From NCBI GenBank assembly GCA_963742415.1, contig CAVULX010000003.1, positions 448,001 to 512,000 on the forward strand: 64,000 nt of DNA. Direction: 5' to 3'. The first letter of the stretch is position 1. Each line of letters begins with the position of its first letter. The notes beneath the pieces are model-generated. The model was not told the DNA's origin. It worked only from the letters and a program-made list of their open reading frames with translations, and did not search any database. The DNA comes from an uncultured Parachlamydiaceae bacterium. GTDB taxonomy: Bacteria; Chlamydiota; Chlamydiia; Chlamydiales; Parachlamydiaceae. Shown piece by piece: positions 1 to 10,012 of this stretch. Both the position numbers and the translations under genes were made by a program.

Positions 1-152
1 CTGCCTATTCCCTTCAAAGGAACCAACGAAGGGTTAGGAGAGATGCGTTTGAACATCCATACAACAAAGCGCATCATGACGGGGTCTTTTAAAAAATCCT
101 CCGTCAAAAACTCATGCGGTATAGCAAGAAAAACGTATGGAAGTTTAGACAT
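1..152 (-). CDS. 5' part of a hypothetical protein running off the window edge (possibly an element replication protein)
   Basis: ATG at 152 (MSKLPYVFLAIPHEFLTEDFLKDPVMMRFVVWMFKR...), open to base 1, directly downstream of alpA; function inferred from position only. Confidence 0.45.
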   Translation of the reverse strand, partial: MSKLPYVFLAIPHEFLTEDFLKDPVMMRFVVWMFKRISPNPSLVPLKGIG

Positions 153-166
153 AGCTTGCCGTCCGA

Positions 167-379
167 CTAGGAATTTGCGCTAGGAGAAGCGATATTCTGA
201 ATTTGGCTTTGTTCCCATGCTTCTAGATCAGAGGAACGCCAGCGAGTCGAGCCAGCTCCAAGTTTGACTGGCTTGGGGAATTTGCCGTTTTTGGCCCATC
301 GCCATATGGTAGGACGGCTCACGCCATATCGGATGGCGGCTTCGGTGTCTCTTAGGAAAGCTGTTATATTTTTCATCAC
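167..379 (-). CDS. alpA: AlpA-family excisionase/phage regulator (HTH)
   Basis: FLRDTEAAIRYGVSRPTIWRWAKNGKFPKPVKLGAGSTRWRSSDLEAW is the typical AlpA pattern; lies near an integrase. Confidence 0.9.
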   Translation of the reverse strand: MMKNITAFLRDTEAAIRYGVSRPTIWRWAKNGKFPKPVKLGAGSTRWRSSDLEAWEQSQIQNIASPSANS

Positions 380-440
380 ATAGCCTCATTTGAAGTTACT
401 ATGTGACATAGCGTCTCACATGCAGATGCAGCTAGCGTCG

Positions 441-1037
441 CTATCTGCATTTATTTTTTTCGCGCTGCTTTCTGACATGATCGCAAAATGCACGATAACC
501 GATTGAGTTGTAGTTACCTTGAGAGCAATGCAATTTTTCTCCATCCTGATAAATGGGATCGCCGTCATGGCTCAGTGGTAAGGCAGCCCACAGCATTGCA
601 CTTGTCCATTTCGTTTTGGATTTGAGCTTTTTACTGATCCATTGGTCAAGAGCTGGCCAAGGACGCTCTTTTTTGGCTGCTTCAATTCTTTGACGTCTGC
701 TCGCTTCCAACTTCATTCCGGCTTCAAACATGGTCAGTTCCTGGGCTACCGTGCTTTTTAACGGAGAGTCTGACTGTTCAGAGTAAAGCCAAACCAATTT
801 CAAGCAACACCTGAACGACATCAGCATGTTCTGGCCTGAGATTCAGATCATCGGAAGCCCGTGTTACAACCCAGCCAACTCCAGGTAGAGATTCATCAGG
901 TACTTCTAGAGAGCAATGTGTGAGGATTTTCTCCAATTGCTAAAGCCAGTCAACTCACTAATGCCTTTTCCAATTGGGTGTTTTTGAACGAATTGAAGAA
1001 GTCGAGGAGTGATGATCGCTTTGAAGGTGCTGCTCAT
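441..1037 (-). pseudogene. Frameshifted hypothetical gene between integrase and alpA
   Basis: ATG at 1037 overlaps the integrase stop (ATGA); reading continues through frame changes into ORF 441..827. Confidence 0.45.
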
Positions 1038-2068
1038 AGCGCCACCTTGGTTAGAAGCTCCAATCGTTCGCCTAATTTTTCCCATGCTTGTCTCATTTCC
1101 GCCTCATAACCGTAGCGCTGGTAAATCCGCTTTATCTTATTTTCTTCCATGTGATTCAAGCATCGCTCTGCCACTTCAGGAAGAACTCCCAAGGCATTCA
1201 TGAGAGTGGCTCCCGTGCGGCGCAAATCATGGGGCTTCCAAATCCCCCGAGAGAGCTTGAGTGCTCCAATTTGCTTGCTTCTGTTTTTGAGCCCCGCATT
1301 ACTCCTCTGGCGATCTGTGATTTGCTTCGTTACTGTTTTAGAACAGAGGCAGTCAGCTTTTACGACTTGCCGGAAAACACCATTCACCAACACCTGTTAA
1401 CTCCTTGAGTTTGGTGAAATAGCAGACGGCAAAAGAAGAGAGGTAAACGATGTGTTCTCTATTATTTTTGCTGTTTTGAGCAGGGATTCGCCAATATTTG
1501 CGCTCAAGGTCTACGTGATCCCATCGAGCTTTGAGCAGTTCTCCAATTCGGCAACACGTAGCGAGCACAATCCAAACTGCAAGAACGCCCTGTTTCTGCC
1601 ATATTTGCGGTGGGTAGTTTTTTGGCTAACTCTTTGATTTCATCCTCATCAAGGACTCGATCTCGCTCTACATTCGCTCCGCCAATACTTTTCTTGCTGA
1701 GCAAAGCGGTGGGATCTGATGCGAGAAGATCACGAGTGACGGCGAAGCGGAACATTTGACGGAGTGAGGCTAAGGACAACCTTGGCCATGCGATTGACTC
1801 CACGCTGAAGGAGCCGATCTGTGATTTCGGTGATGTGCCCTTTGCGAACGTCTTTGATGTTCAAGTCGCCGATAAAGGGAAGAACATCTTTTGAGATCAT
1901 ACGTCGAGCTTCTGCGCCCCTGATCTTTACGATTGATAAGATCAGTCGCAGCCCAACGCTCAAAGAGATCTTTGACGAGGACTTTGCTGGCCTTCTCTAA
2001 GAGCACGATTGACAGCTCTTCGCCGTCTGTCTTCGATAGGATCAGCTCCTTCGTATTTTACTTCTTTT
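1034..2068 (-). pseudogene. int: P4-like tyrosine integrase, several frameshifts, N-terminal arm-binding domain largely missing
   Basis: Five overlapping ORF pieces: KDVLPFIGD...LRQMFRFAVTRDLLASDP...RDRVL, catalytic CRIGEL, HDLRRT, LNH and IYQRY; only GADPIEDRR remains of the arm-binding domain. Confidence 0.9.
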
Positions 2069-2071
2069 TTG

Positions 2072-2092
2072 TGTGGCGGACATGTGGCGGAT
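2072..2092. repeat. Direct repeat TGTGGCGGA x2 (11-bp period), candidate integrase arm-type sites
   Basis: tgtggcggaca-tgtggcggatg between the integrase and the att core. Confidence 0.5.
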
Positions 2093-2220
2093 GCATCCAC
2101 GTGATAAAGAACGCTACATTATGCAACAAGATTTTGACTTAAATCAAGGAAAAATAGACGCTTATGACAGATTTTTTAAGACAGAAAAAGACAGGTTGAG
2201 ATAGGATAAAACATGGAAAA

Positions 2221-2268
2221 ACTTGCATGGGGTGCAAGGGGTCGGAGGTTCGAATCCTCTCACCCAGA
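2221..2268 (+). tRNA. 3' fragment of tRNA-Pro(GGG), att site of an integrated element; not an intact tRNA
   Basis: Anticodon arm CTTGC-ATGGGGT-GCAAG, T-arm GGAGG-TTCGAAT-CCTCT and acceptor 3' CACCCAGA are present; no D-arm or 5' acceptor strand upstream. Confidence 0.85.
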
Positions 2269-2343
2269 TTCTTTTTCCTCAAGGACTTACGAAGGCTTGA
2301 CCGCTTTTCTTAAGTCCTTATTTTTATCTCTCATGCCAGGTAT

Positions 2344-3414
2344 ATGACAGGTAATGTACAAAATAAACAGTATATGACAACTCAGCATTCGATCTACTTT
2401 GATGCAAACGTATTCCGTTGGATTACCAGGAAATACGATAATTGGAAAAATTTCTCGATATTACTGGATAAGGAAGAGCCTGGTTTGTTAAGCGACAACT
2501 CTCCTATGCTTTTCACTTGGTCGCATCTTTTAGAAGCTGTCAATTTGGGAACAATAATGACCCAAATCGAAACAACTCCTGTTTGGACATCACGTATCGC
2601 GGGACAAAATCTAATTGATCGAAGAGGTTTTCAAGAAGCGCTGGGAACATATTTCGTCACAGCAAAAGAAGCTCTAGCTGATCTGCCAGCATTGCAAAGA
2701 GATGTGCTGCTAAGAAGTATAGATAATGAGGTATCACAAACCTGTGCGGAAGCGCGGCCTTTGATTGAAAACACACTTTTACATTATAGAGACCGCGTGG
2801 CATCCACCGACTACATGCGTTCCTTGTCACTAGAAATTGCTTGGGCTTTTTTAACCTCATTGCCCTTTACTAAATCGGATGCTCAATGGGAAAAAAGAAA
2901 AATTTGTTATGACAGCATAATGGCACTATGGCACCGACTTTATTTGGAGGGCCATGACCTTGTATTTTTCAGGCTGAGTGAACAGCAATATTATTACTAT
3001 CTTCTGCACTCATCAGATATTGATATGGATGAAGTAAAGCGCTTATACCCTAATGTTAATTCAAGAAAAGACCTTGCCAAGGAAATATTTAAACATAGTC
3101 AAAAAAATACCCCTTTAAAACAAAATAGCGATCTTTGCGACGGCGAACTCATCCATTATACCTATTTGGGAAATAAAACGAACGATGGGCGGCTGACGAA
3201 CGTCGTTGGAATAACACTTGATGGGCCGCAAGTCCTTCAACAACGCATGGGAGTTTTTGACAGAGCCTTATCTGATTTAAATCACTGCGTTAAAGGCTGG
3301 AGCGTTAAACTCAATTTAGGCAGAATACTTTCATTAGAGCTTGGAAACGATGGTGCCATTCAACATCTATATCGCCACCTTCCCAGAGCAAGTTGCCCAA
3401 GTCAATTAATATAA
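2344..3414 (+). CDS. Hypothetical protein, possible PIN-like fold
   Basis: 356-aa ORF; N-terminal IYFDANV and distal DLCDGELI resemble the PIN acidic pattern (weak). Confidence 0.6.
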   Translation: MTGNVQNKQYMTTQHSIYFDANVFRWITRKYDNWKNFSILLDKEEPGLLSDNSPMLFTWSHLLEAVNLGTIMTQIETTPVWTSRIAGQNLIDRRGFQEALGTYFVTAKEALADLPALQRDVLLRSIDNEVSQTCAEARPLIENTLLHYRDRVASTDYMRSLSLEIAWAFLTSLPFTKSDAQWEKRKICYDSIMALWHRLYLEGHDLVFFRLSEQQYYYYLLHSSDIDMDEVKRLYPNVNSRKDLAKEIFKHSQKNTPLKQNSDLCDGELIHYTYLGNKTNDGRLTNVVGITLDGPQVLQQRMGVFDRALSDLNHCVKGWSVKLNLGRILSLELGNDGAIQHLYRHLPRASCPSQLI

Positions 3415-3848
3415 AGGTTCAAAAGCTGGAAATTATGATTTACGATTTCATCCTTTTTGTATCAGCCTCTCTCCTTGCGAATTGGCTTTGGGATCTCTGG
3501 TCTAAAAGAGTAGCTGGGAAAGAATATAAGGCCAAAATGCTAAAAAGTTGTCTCGACAAGATTGAACATTGCTCTCACGAACTTGATTACAATGCTACTC
3601 CAGGAATTGGAGGAGCTGAATGTCCCTTTACAACCGAAGCGCAGCGAAGACTGCTGTATTCGGATGAAGTGATATTATTAGGAGATGACCTTACAAAATC
3701 TCTTAAGGATTTAATTATTGATGCAGGAAGAGCCGGTGGAGGTTTTCCTTCTATCCCTCCCGGTTCGGTAAAAAGTAGAAGCAAGCTTTTAAAGGATATG
3801 CTTCTGAAGAAAGGAGAGGGGATTAAGAAAACAGAAACATCTGAATAA
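3393..3848 (+). CDS. Hypothetical protein with N-terminal TM helix
   Basis: Hydrophobic IYDFILFVSASLLANWLWDLW; likely start is the ATG at about 3436. Confidence 0.55.
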   Translation: MPKSINIKVQKLEIMIYDFILFVSASLLANWLWDLWSKRVAGKEYKAKMLKSCLDKIEHCSHELDYNATPGIGGAECPFTTEAQRRLLYSDEVILLGDDLTKSLKDLIIDAGRAGGGFPSIPPGSVKSRSKLLKDMLLKKGEGIKKTETSE

Positions 3849-3941
3849 TTTGCGTGGCGATGTAGGACAGTGTCTTGCTAACTTACCAAACAGCAGGGTT
3901 TTGATTATCGCCTTAAGTTTGTGCACTTCTGAAAATTTAGC

Positions 3942-3968
3942 AACCTAGAAAAATAGATTTTCTAGGTT
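3942..3968. repeat. 11-bp inverted repeat (terminator- or operator-like)
   Basis: AACCTAGAAAA-ataga-TTTTCTAGGTT followed by a T-run. Confidence 0.5.
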
Positions 3969-4134
3969 TTTCTTGGTTGATTTCTATGTTCAAGAAAAAA
4001 ACGCCTTTAGAGCTCACTTAAAGTCTTTCCTAAATTAAAAAAACATTTTTATAAATTTTAAGATATGGTATAAAGCCTTCGAAGGCCTTCATTGGGAAGA
4101 TCTTCAATTAGTTCAACTTTAAAATGGTGTTATT

Positions 4135-4422
4135 ATGACACAAAAAAATGACGTAGGCCTATCTAATAATGGCCCTCAGTTCGTCCCTGAGAAAAAACTT
4201 GGTCAATCAGATCAAGAGTTAAATTGGAAAAAGGCTCGAGAAACAATGGCGCAACAAGCCAAGAAGATTGAGACTTTAGAACAAGAACTATCAAAAAGTG
4301 AGCATCAAAAAGCAGCGGAGAAAAAAGCTCTGGCAGTATTGATTGAACTTCTTGATTCCCCAAATCCATCTCTGAGATTGGAAGTCGCTAAATTAGTGCT
4401 GGTACATTCCTCAAAGTATTAA
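4135..4422 (+). CDS. Hypothetical coiled-coil protein
   Basis: 95-aa ORF with a heptad-rich middle section. Confidence 0.5.
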   Translation: MTQKNDVGLSNNGPQFVPEKKLGQSDQELNWKKARETMAQQAKKIETLEQELSKSEHQKAAEKKALAVLIELLDSPNPSLRLEVAKLVLVHSSKY

Positions 4423-4430
4423 AAAGATGA

Positions 4431-4892
4431 GGGGGCTGGAAAGGATATGGTGATTGGCTAGGAACCCAAACTCCATCTCCTCACTCAAGAAATTTTCTAC
4501 CATATGAAGATGCAAAAAAATTTGTTCAACAATTAAATTTAAAAAGTCGAACCGAGTGGAATCAATACTGCTCTGGTGAAATACCAAACAAACCAATTCT
4601 ACCTGACAATATTCCCAAAGACCCTGTGACTGTCTACAAAAACAAGGGATGGACAGGTGTAGGGGATTGGTTGGGAACAAATACAAAAGCTACGCACCTT
4701 CGTGAATATTTACCTTTTAACCGCGCACGAAATTTTGTCAGAAAATTAAATCTGAAGGGAAGGGATGATTGGAAAGCTTATTGTAATGGTAAATTAGAAT
4801 TAGATCCTTTACCAGATAATATTCCTAAAGCTCCTTGGATTGTTTATAAAGACAATGGTTGGATAGACTTATCTGACTGGTTAGGATCGTAA
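4431..4892 (+). pseudogene. 'Integrase repeat'-type (GWxGxGDWLG) repeat protein with disrupted 5' end
   Basis: Frame open from 4431 with two units of about 70 aa (GWKGYGDWLGT..FLPYEDAKKFVQQLNLKSRTEW..LPDNIPKDP; GWTGVGDWLGT..YLPFNRARNFVRKLNLKGRDDW..LPDNIPKAP); no in-frame start before 4626. Confidence 0.65.
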
Positions 4893-4924
4893 AAATTATT
4901 AATTCTAAGGGCCTACGAAATCTT

Positions 4925-4961
4925 CAAAATCTACCCAAATGGTGATAGCGGGTAGATTTTG
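4925..4961. terminator. Hairpin between convergent genes
   Basis: CAAAATCTACCC-13 nt-GGGTAGATTTTG. Confidence 0.55.
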
Positions 4962-5066
4962 TACAAACGTGAAACATGCAAAACATGCAAAATAGTATAC
5001 ATTTTCGATGCCCTTTCATATTACCCTCTATTTCCTGTGGGATAAAATGCAATGGGGTATTAGAGC

Positions 5067-5585
5067 CTATACCAAAGAATCAATCGCTGTATTAAGCCCT
5101 GTGCATGGAGCCTCTAGCTCGGCAAAAGTTTTCCGATAATCTATGATTTTATCAACAATAGGTTCTAGGAGCAAAAGATCTGTTTCTTTGAATTTTGCAA
5201 AATTAGATTCAAAGGCATCTCGAAGCTTTGTAAGATAGGATCCTGAAGTATTTTTAATGCGAGGATTTTTACTTTGTCCAATGGCCCAAATAATCCCGTC
5301 ATTTGCTTTCTTAAGCATTCTTAATGCCTCTCTACGCTTGCCAGAAACATCTTCACCTTGATGTATATGCATTTCCTGGGCGGCAAATGCATCTCTTCCT
5401 CCCATTGCCGTAATAGGAGAAGCTCCTGCCTCAGCTGTAATGTCAGAATTTTGTGCCAGCGCATCGCCATTTTTTGTCTTAAAAACTATTTTTTTTATAA
5501 AAGGAGCGATTTTTATGGCTAAAGGGATTGTGATTCCTAAAGCTACAAATGCCGCTGCCCATTCTATCATCAACTCAAAATCCAT
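5067..5585 (-). CDS. Hypothetical protein with N-terminal TM helix
   Basis: 172-aa ORF with WAAAFVALGITIPLAIKIA; co-oriented 26 bp downstream of the AlbA_2 gene. Confidence 0.6.
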   Translation of the reverse strand: MDFELMIEWAAAFVALGITIPLAIKIAPFIKKIVFKTKNGDALAQNSDITAEAGASPITAMGGRDAFAAQEMHIHQGEDVSGKRREALRMLKKANDGIIWAIGQSKNPRIKNTSGSYLTKLRDAFESNFAKFKETDLLLLEPIVDKIIDYRKTFAELEAPCTGLNTAIDSLV

Positions 5586-5611
5586 TTAACTCTTCCTAAT
5601 TTTTATCTTTT

Positions 5612-6961
5612 TCATGATGAACGTCTTGCTGCAATGTAAGAAGCGCTTGGGTCATTTTCTGAAGTTCCAATGCGTACAATAATCCCTTCTTCTTGAAGCT
5701 GTTTTAGACGAATCCTAGTTGTCCGAGCAGATACTCCCCAAAGTTTCATCGCCAATTTAGCGCTAATAGCATTCTCTTTTTTCAAATATTCGAGGAGGAC
5801 TTCCCCCCATGAATTGACGACTATTTCTTTAATTTGTTCCGAATAGAGCGTCAGTCTAAATTGGTTATTTAATTCCTCGATAAGTGGGGGTTTGAGCCCT
5901 TGGGTTTTGCAAGCCTCTACAATACGGCGCAGTCCAGATCCCCACTGTTCTGTGAGATGTAATTCGCGAAAAACACGGGCGATGACGCGATTCCTAATTC
6001 TAGAGGAACCAGCAAGGGCTCTTTCAATCGTTTGCCCAAACGGAAGCCCTCCAGGATTTGTAAACTCTATGCGATCGTTAAAAATAGCGACTTGGATATG
6101 GCAGCCGGTCATTGCATAGTCTGTATGGAGCAAGGCATTAATCACAGCTTCCCGGATAGCTACTGGAGGATATTGGAAAACATCTGTGCGTTGCATACGA
6201 CCAATATGACCTTCTTTCGAGATGTTTCGTTCAATGAAAGCTATGACTAGATCTGCTGCTAAAGGAAGCGGTGAATCTATGTCAGTTTGATCTAGAATTT
6301 TCTCTCTAGTTGATCCAGCAAAACGCGCACATCGGACTTGCGAATCCGGAAAGAACTGTAAACGGTTTACTCCGAATAGAAGAATTCCCCCGTTACTCGG
6401 ATATTTCTTACCGCTTCGAGAGGTCTCGACCCCCAAATTTTCAAGAGCCTGTGCCGTTGGTCGCTTCCCAACCCAGTCAAAAACATTTTTCATCACTTCT
6501 GCGTCTAAATGCCCTTGCGGATGCGGGAGTTCATCATAGGTAACCTTCTTTGCTAAGAGACGCAACGAGTCGAGCATCTCAGCATCAGCTGAGCGATTCG
6601 TAGATCCAAAGCGTACATAAACGCCTCGTTCGGGGCCCTCTGATTTTAAATAATAAGGACCTATACTGTGAGATACGTGGATGATTAACAACTCTTTTCC
6701 ACGAATCGTTTGAACTTCTATGTCAGGGGTCAGAAGAGGGAAGATGCTATCTGTAATCGCATTAGCCAGCCGCTCTTCCTCCGATAAGATTTCAGGGAGC
6801 CCCACGAGAACTTTTGTTTTATCTTTTACCCCAATAATAATCGTACCGCCAGCGCTGTTTGCGAAGGCGACTACAGTCTTCATTATACCGCCCAAAGAAC
6901 GAGTTGTTTCTTTGAACTCAATTGTTTTGCCTTCGTTTTCGGCTAGTAGTTGTTCAATCAT
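5612..6961 (-). CDS. Schlafen AlbA_2 + HATPase_c_4 + wHTH protein
   Basis: ENEGKTIEFKE..VAFANSAGGTIIIGVKD (AlbA_2); REAVINALLHTDY..NPGGL..RNRVIARVF..EQWGSGL (HATPase_c_4); C-terminal HTH. Confidence 0.9.
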   Translation of the reverse strand: MIEQLLAENEGKTIEFKETTRSLGGIMKTVVAFANSAGGTIIIGVKDKTKVLVGLPEILSEEERLANAITDSIFPLLTPDIEVQTIRGKELLIIHVSHSIGPYYLKSEGPERGVYVRFGSTNRSADAEMLDSLRLLAKKVTYDELPHPQGHLDAEVMKNVFDWVGKRPTAQALENLGVETSRSGKKYPSNGGILLFGVNRLQFFPDSQVRCARFAGSTREKILDQTDIDSPLPLAADLVIAFIERNISKEGHIGRMQRTDVFQYPPVAIREAVINALLHTDYAMTGCHIQVAIFNDRIEFTNPGGLPFGQTIERALAGSSRIRNRVIARVFRELHLTEQWGSGLRRIVEACKTQGLKPPLIEELNNQFRLTLYSEQIKEIVVNSWGEVLLEYLKKENAISAKLAMKLWGVSARTTRIRLKQLQEEGIIVRIGTSENDPSASYIAARRSS

Positions 6962-7176
6962 AATGGCGTAATCATAGCACAGCTATGCATTTTACTGTGC
7001 ACTACTATGCATAAAAAAACTGCACAGTCCTCATAAGTTATTGATTTACAGATGAATAAGATAATAAAATTTTTCTATTTTCAAAGAAAATAAAAGTATA
7101 TTTAACTTACATCTGACAGATAAAAGGCCTGTTTCCGAGTTTTTAAAAAACTAAAAACACACCAGCTCTCAACACA

Positions 7177-7200
7177 AACACACCAGTAACTGGTGTGTTT
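7177..7200. repeat. Near-perfect palindrome AAACACACCAGT-A-ACTGGTGTGTTT
   Basis: 12-bp arms with an extra half-site AAACACACCAG just upstream; left end approximate. Confidence 0.5.
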
Positions 7201-7213
7201 GATGGTACTCGGT

Positions 7214-7429
7214 TTACGAATAACGGATGATATACGAACCTTTTGGTACTCGTTGGCCATGAGGCAATCTATTACCGTTATCTGGCAAAATTAAGACAGC
7301 GTCGGCTTGAATAAATGAAAAGTCTTGCGTATGCAAAATATCAGGATCACAAACAACCGATGCGCATTTGTGCCTTTCCTTGATTTGAGTCGCTTGCTCT
7401 AATTTTTTTATTCGCTTTTCAATAGACAT
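7214..7429 (-). CDS. Small hypothetical protein (phage/satellite-like)
   Basis: MSIEKRIKKLEQ...; adjacent to the stop of the DUF5681-like remnant. Confidence 0.5.
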   Translation of the reverse strand: MSIEKRIKKLEQATQIKERHKCASVVCDPDILHTQDFSFIQADAVLILPDNGNRLPHGQRVPKGSYIIRYS

Positions 7430-7430
7430 T

Positions 7431-7760
7431 TCATTTGCCCCCTTTAGCTTCCAACGCATTTAATCTTTCTTCATGATCATACACTTGAATGGCTTTCACA
7501 TAGGTCTCAATTATCTTTGATAAGGCTTCACCTTCACTTGGAGAAATGTTCCCAGTTCCCACAGCTTCTGTTATTAACGCCATAGAGTCTACAATATCTG
7601 AGGGGGTCTTTAACTTAGGAAGGTCTAATATAATAGGACGATCTCGCCGAGATGGTAAAGTGCGATCTAAAACCATTTTCATTGCCTGAAGGTTTCCTGA
7701 CAAAGCCTCTTGAATTAAGCGCCGGCAAATATTCTCCTAGTTCCCCATTCAAAAGTACCT
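7431..7760 (-). pseudogene. DUF5681-like (small-terminase-associated) protein, 5' truncated/frameshifted
   Basis: ICRRLIQEALSGNLQAMKMVLDRTLPSRRDRPIILDLP...AVGTGNISPSEGEALSKIIETYVKAIQVYDHEERLNALE fits the C-terminal pattern of this family; N-terminal GNPxGRPKG motif absent. Confidence 0.65.
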
Positions 7761-7766
7761 CTACAG

Positions 7767-8503
7767 CTAAAGTTGCTTTATTTTTAGTTCCTTTAGCTTT
7801 CCCTTTCGGATTTCCCGATTGACCTTGTTAAGCAATATCAAATACTTAGAATGTGGCTCCGTATATGCCTCTGCGCGAAACTCAATTCTCAATTCATTTT
7901 GAGATCCCGAAATATACGCTCTTATATTTTGAAAACCATTGAGCTCAGGTCGATAAGTATTTTTTCCAGAAATAACATCGATTATCTGTCGCAAAGCAAA
8001 ATCTAATCCGTAGCCATAAAGATTGATATATACATTTTGAAGCAGAATTGTGGGAATCAAACAATCATCTATTTTAACGGGAATATAATTTGAATTTGTA
8101 GAAATGCTTTTCAGCAGTCTCTCGAATTAACTTCATTATTTTTAAAATTTTCTTTTCTTCTTCTGGATTAGATTTTTGAGATTCTAATCTCTGAGAACAA
8201 GGACGCATGAATTTTTTCCATATCCGGGAAGTAAATGAATCTTGTAAATCGGGTGGATAACTACCAAATTTCTGATACTCCATCTTATGTTCTTCTGTAA
8301 GTCCTCCTTCGTAATAATTCCATCTGCCAATCGCCTCAAAAGCTGGGCTCTTGCGGCTCATCGAAAAAAATGCCTTTTCCTAAGCCCTCCACATCAAGGG
8401 GTATTCCATGTTCTAACGGAAGGCGACTATCCATTGGAATGAAAACAATCATATAGTTTTTCGCTTCCTGTTTGGGTAATCGGACGGAATACACTGGTGT
8501 CAT
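7767..8503 (-). pseudogene. Probably one fragmented hypothetical gene (ATG at 8503, ORFs 8074..8361 and 7767..8060)
   Basis: Consecutive co-oriented short ORFs; frame change near an A7 run at about 8364-8370. Confidence 0.35.
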
Positions 8504-8539
8504 AAAAAATATTGTGAATTAGATTTAATTCTTCCATAC

Positions 8540-9625
8540 CTATATTTTGTCCAACTTAATTTTAAGTTTATTGAGATGACTCCATGGCAAAGCTTTTTCT
8601 TTCTGCATTCTACCAACGACTATTCCTGGGGCAATATTTATTTCTTTAGCAAAGGCTCTAACTGCTTTTTCACTTTTATGCAACGTCAATAATTTAGGGA
8701 TGTAATCATTAGGAATGAGGGTTTGACAAGCAAAGTTGTCGGCTTCCTTTTCTTGCTTATCGTCCATTTGTCCTTCTACATCAATAAACCAGAGCTTTTT
8801 GCTATGTAAAAGCAAATGACCAGCCTCATGAAAAAATGAAAACCAAAATTGGTCATTCGTTTTATATCGATCACTTAATATGATTAAAGCCTTATCTGGC
8901 CCTAACCATCTCGTTGCACCGCTTATAGGACAACCTTTCGGAGCCCGAACAATCGCTAAAGCTACTCCAGCATCAGCACATACTTGAACTAGTTTTGGAA
9001 TAAAAATTTCTTCGTTCTCTTCCTGAGTTAGCTTTCTCACTTCTTGAAGAGTCGAAAGAAATGTATTTCGATTAAAAGGAGCGCATGAAATCTCTACTAC
9101 TTGCCGCTCTCCTTGTCGGAGCCATGCTGAAGTGGATCCTTTATGATTGTCTGTTAAATTAGATGAGCGAAAGGCCGCAATTGGGGTTTGATATTTAGAC
9201 TCCCATGCATCAACCGAAGCTACCCCAAAAAATTTTAAGCATTCAGATACAAGCTCTCTTTTATCCGCCCATTTTTTAATCCAACCAAAACTTATCATAT
9301 CCTTTAAGGGTAGTTCTTTAAGCCAACTAACACTATCATTTAAGTAGTTGAGGTCTTCTTTTCTCGCAATAGCCTCGCGATACAAAGCTTCTCGATTCAA
9401 CCAAAAATTAACTGTGCTTCCTAAAACTCTTTCTAATTTTATGGCGGCATCTTCTGTAAGAGAAACTTTTCCCTGAATAAGTAAATTTACGTGTTTTTTT
9501 GTATACCCAATCCTCGAAGCAAATTCAGTTTGAGACCAGCCGCGTTCTTCCAATAAATCTGCAATAGTGGCCCCTGGTGGAATTACCCAATCAGGGTTAA
9601 ATTGACGGGAGAGTTCTTTACTCAT
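8540..9625 (-). CDS. HigA-type HTH-XRE fused to ImmA/IrrE (M78) metallopeptidase; antitoxin
   Basis: PPGATIADLLEERGWSQTEFASRIG (XRE HTH); FWFSFFHEAGHLLLH (HExxH); EKEADNFA. Confidence 0.9.
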   Translation of the reverse strand: MSKELSRQFNPDWVIPPGATIADLLEERGWSQTEFASRIGYTKKHVNLLIQGKVSLTEDAAIKLERVLGSTVNFWLNREALYREAIARKEDLNYLNDSVSWLKELPLKDMISFGWIKKWADKRELVSECLKFFGVASVDAWESKYQTPIAAFRSSNLTDNHKGSTSAWLRQGERQVVEISCAPFNRNTFLSTLQEVRKLTQEENEEIFIPKLVQVCADAGVALAIVRAPKGCPISGATRWLGPDKALIILSDRYKTNDQFWFSFFHEAGHLLLHSKKLWFIDVEGQMDDKQEKEADNFACQTLIPNDYIPKLLTLHKSEKAVRAFAKEINIAPGIVVGRMQKEKALPWSHLNKLKIKLDKI

Positions 9626-9947
9626 GATAATCCTCAATGGAAAGTATTCTTACAATGGTTACTTGGTTCCAATCAACAGACCCATTATTTGTTTTTGGAA
9701 TGGGGCTGTTACCACACTCAAAAATTAGTCTCAATGCACCCGAAATACTAACACTGAACTGACCCAAACGTTTGTATTTTAACGGATGTGGTCTACCAGA
9801 AACCAATTCGCTTACATTATTCGCAGCTTGAAGATCGGCTATTCGTATTTTCAGCTTATTTGCACACGCATTTCCAAATTTTTTCTTCATTAATTTCTCA
9901 TTTTCGCAAAGATCTTGAAGATCTAAGGTGTCAAATTCAATCTTCAC
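9618..9947 (-). CDS. HigB/RelE-like toxin (killer-suppression family)
   Basis: GTG start at 9947 with RBS GAAAGGGG; KLKIRIADLQAA..GRPHPLKYKRLGQFSVSISGALRLIF; overlaps the antitoxin start. Confidence 0.85.
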   Translation of the reverse strand: MKIEFDTLDLQDLCENEKLMKKKFGNACANKLKIRIADLQAANNVSELVSGRPHPLKYKRLGQFSVSISGALRLIFECGNSPIPKTNNGSVDWNQVTIVRILSIEDYHE

Positions 9948-9981
9948 AACGCCCCTTTCCGATAAAATCATTGATTGGAGC

Positions 9982-10012
9982 ATTTATGTATACCAATATG
10001 GTATACATAAAT
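9982..10012. promoter_or_regulatory. 14-bp perfect inverted repeat, probable TA operator
   Basis: ATTTATGTATACCA-ata-TGGTATACATAAAT just downstream of a minus-strand TTGACT, 35 bp upstream of the toxin start. Confidence 0.7.

Noticed and set aside
2161-2268. Intact tRNA-Pro gene
   Set aside because: No 5' acceptor strand or D-arm; only the anticodon arm onward is present
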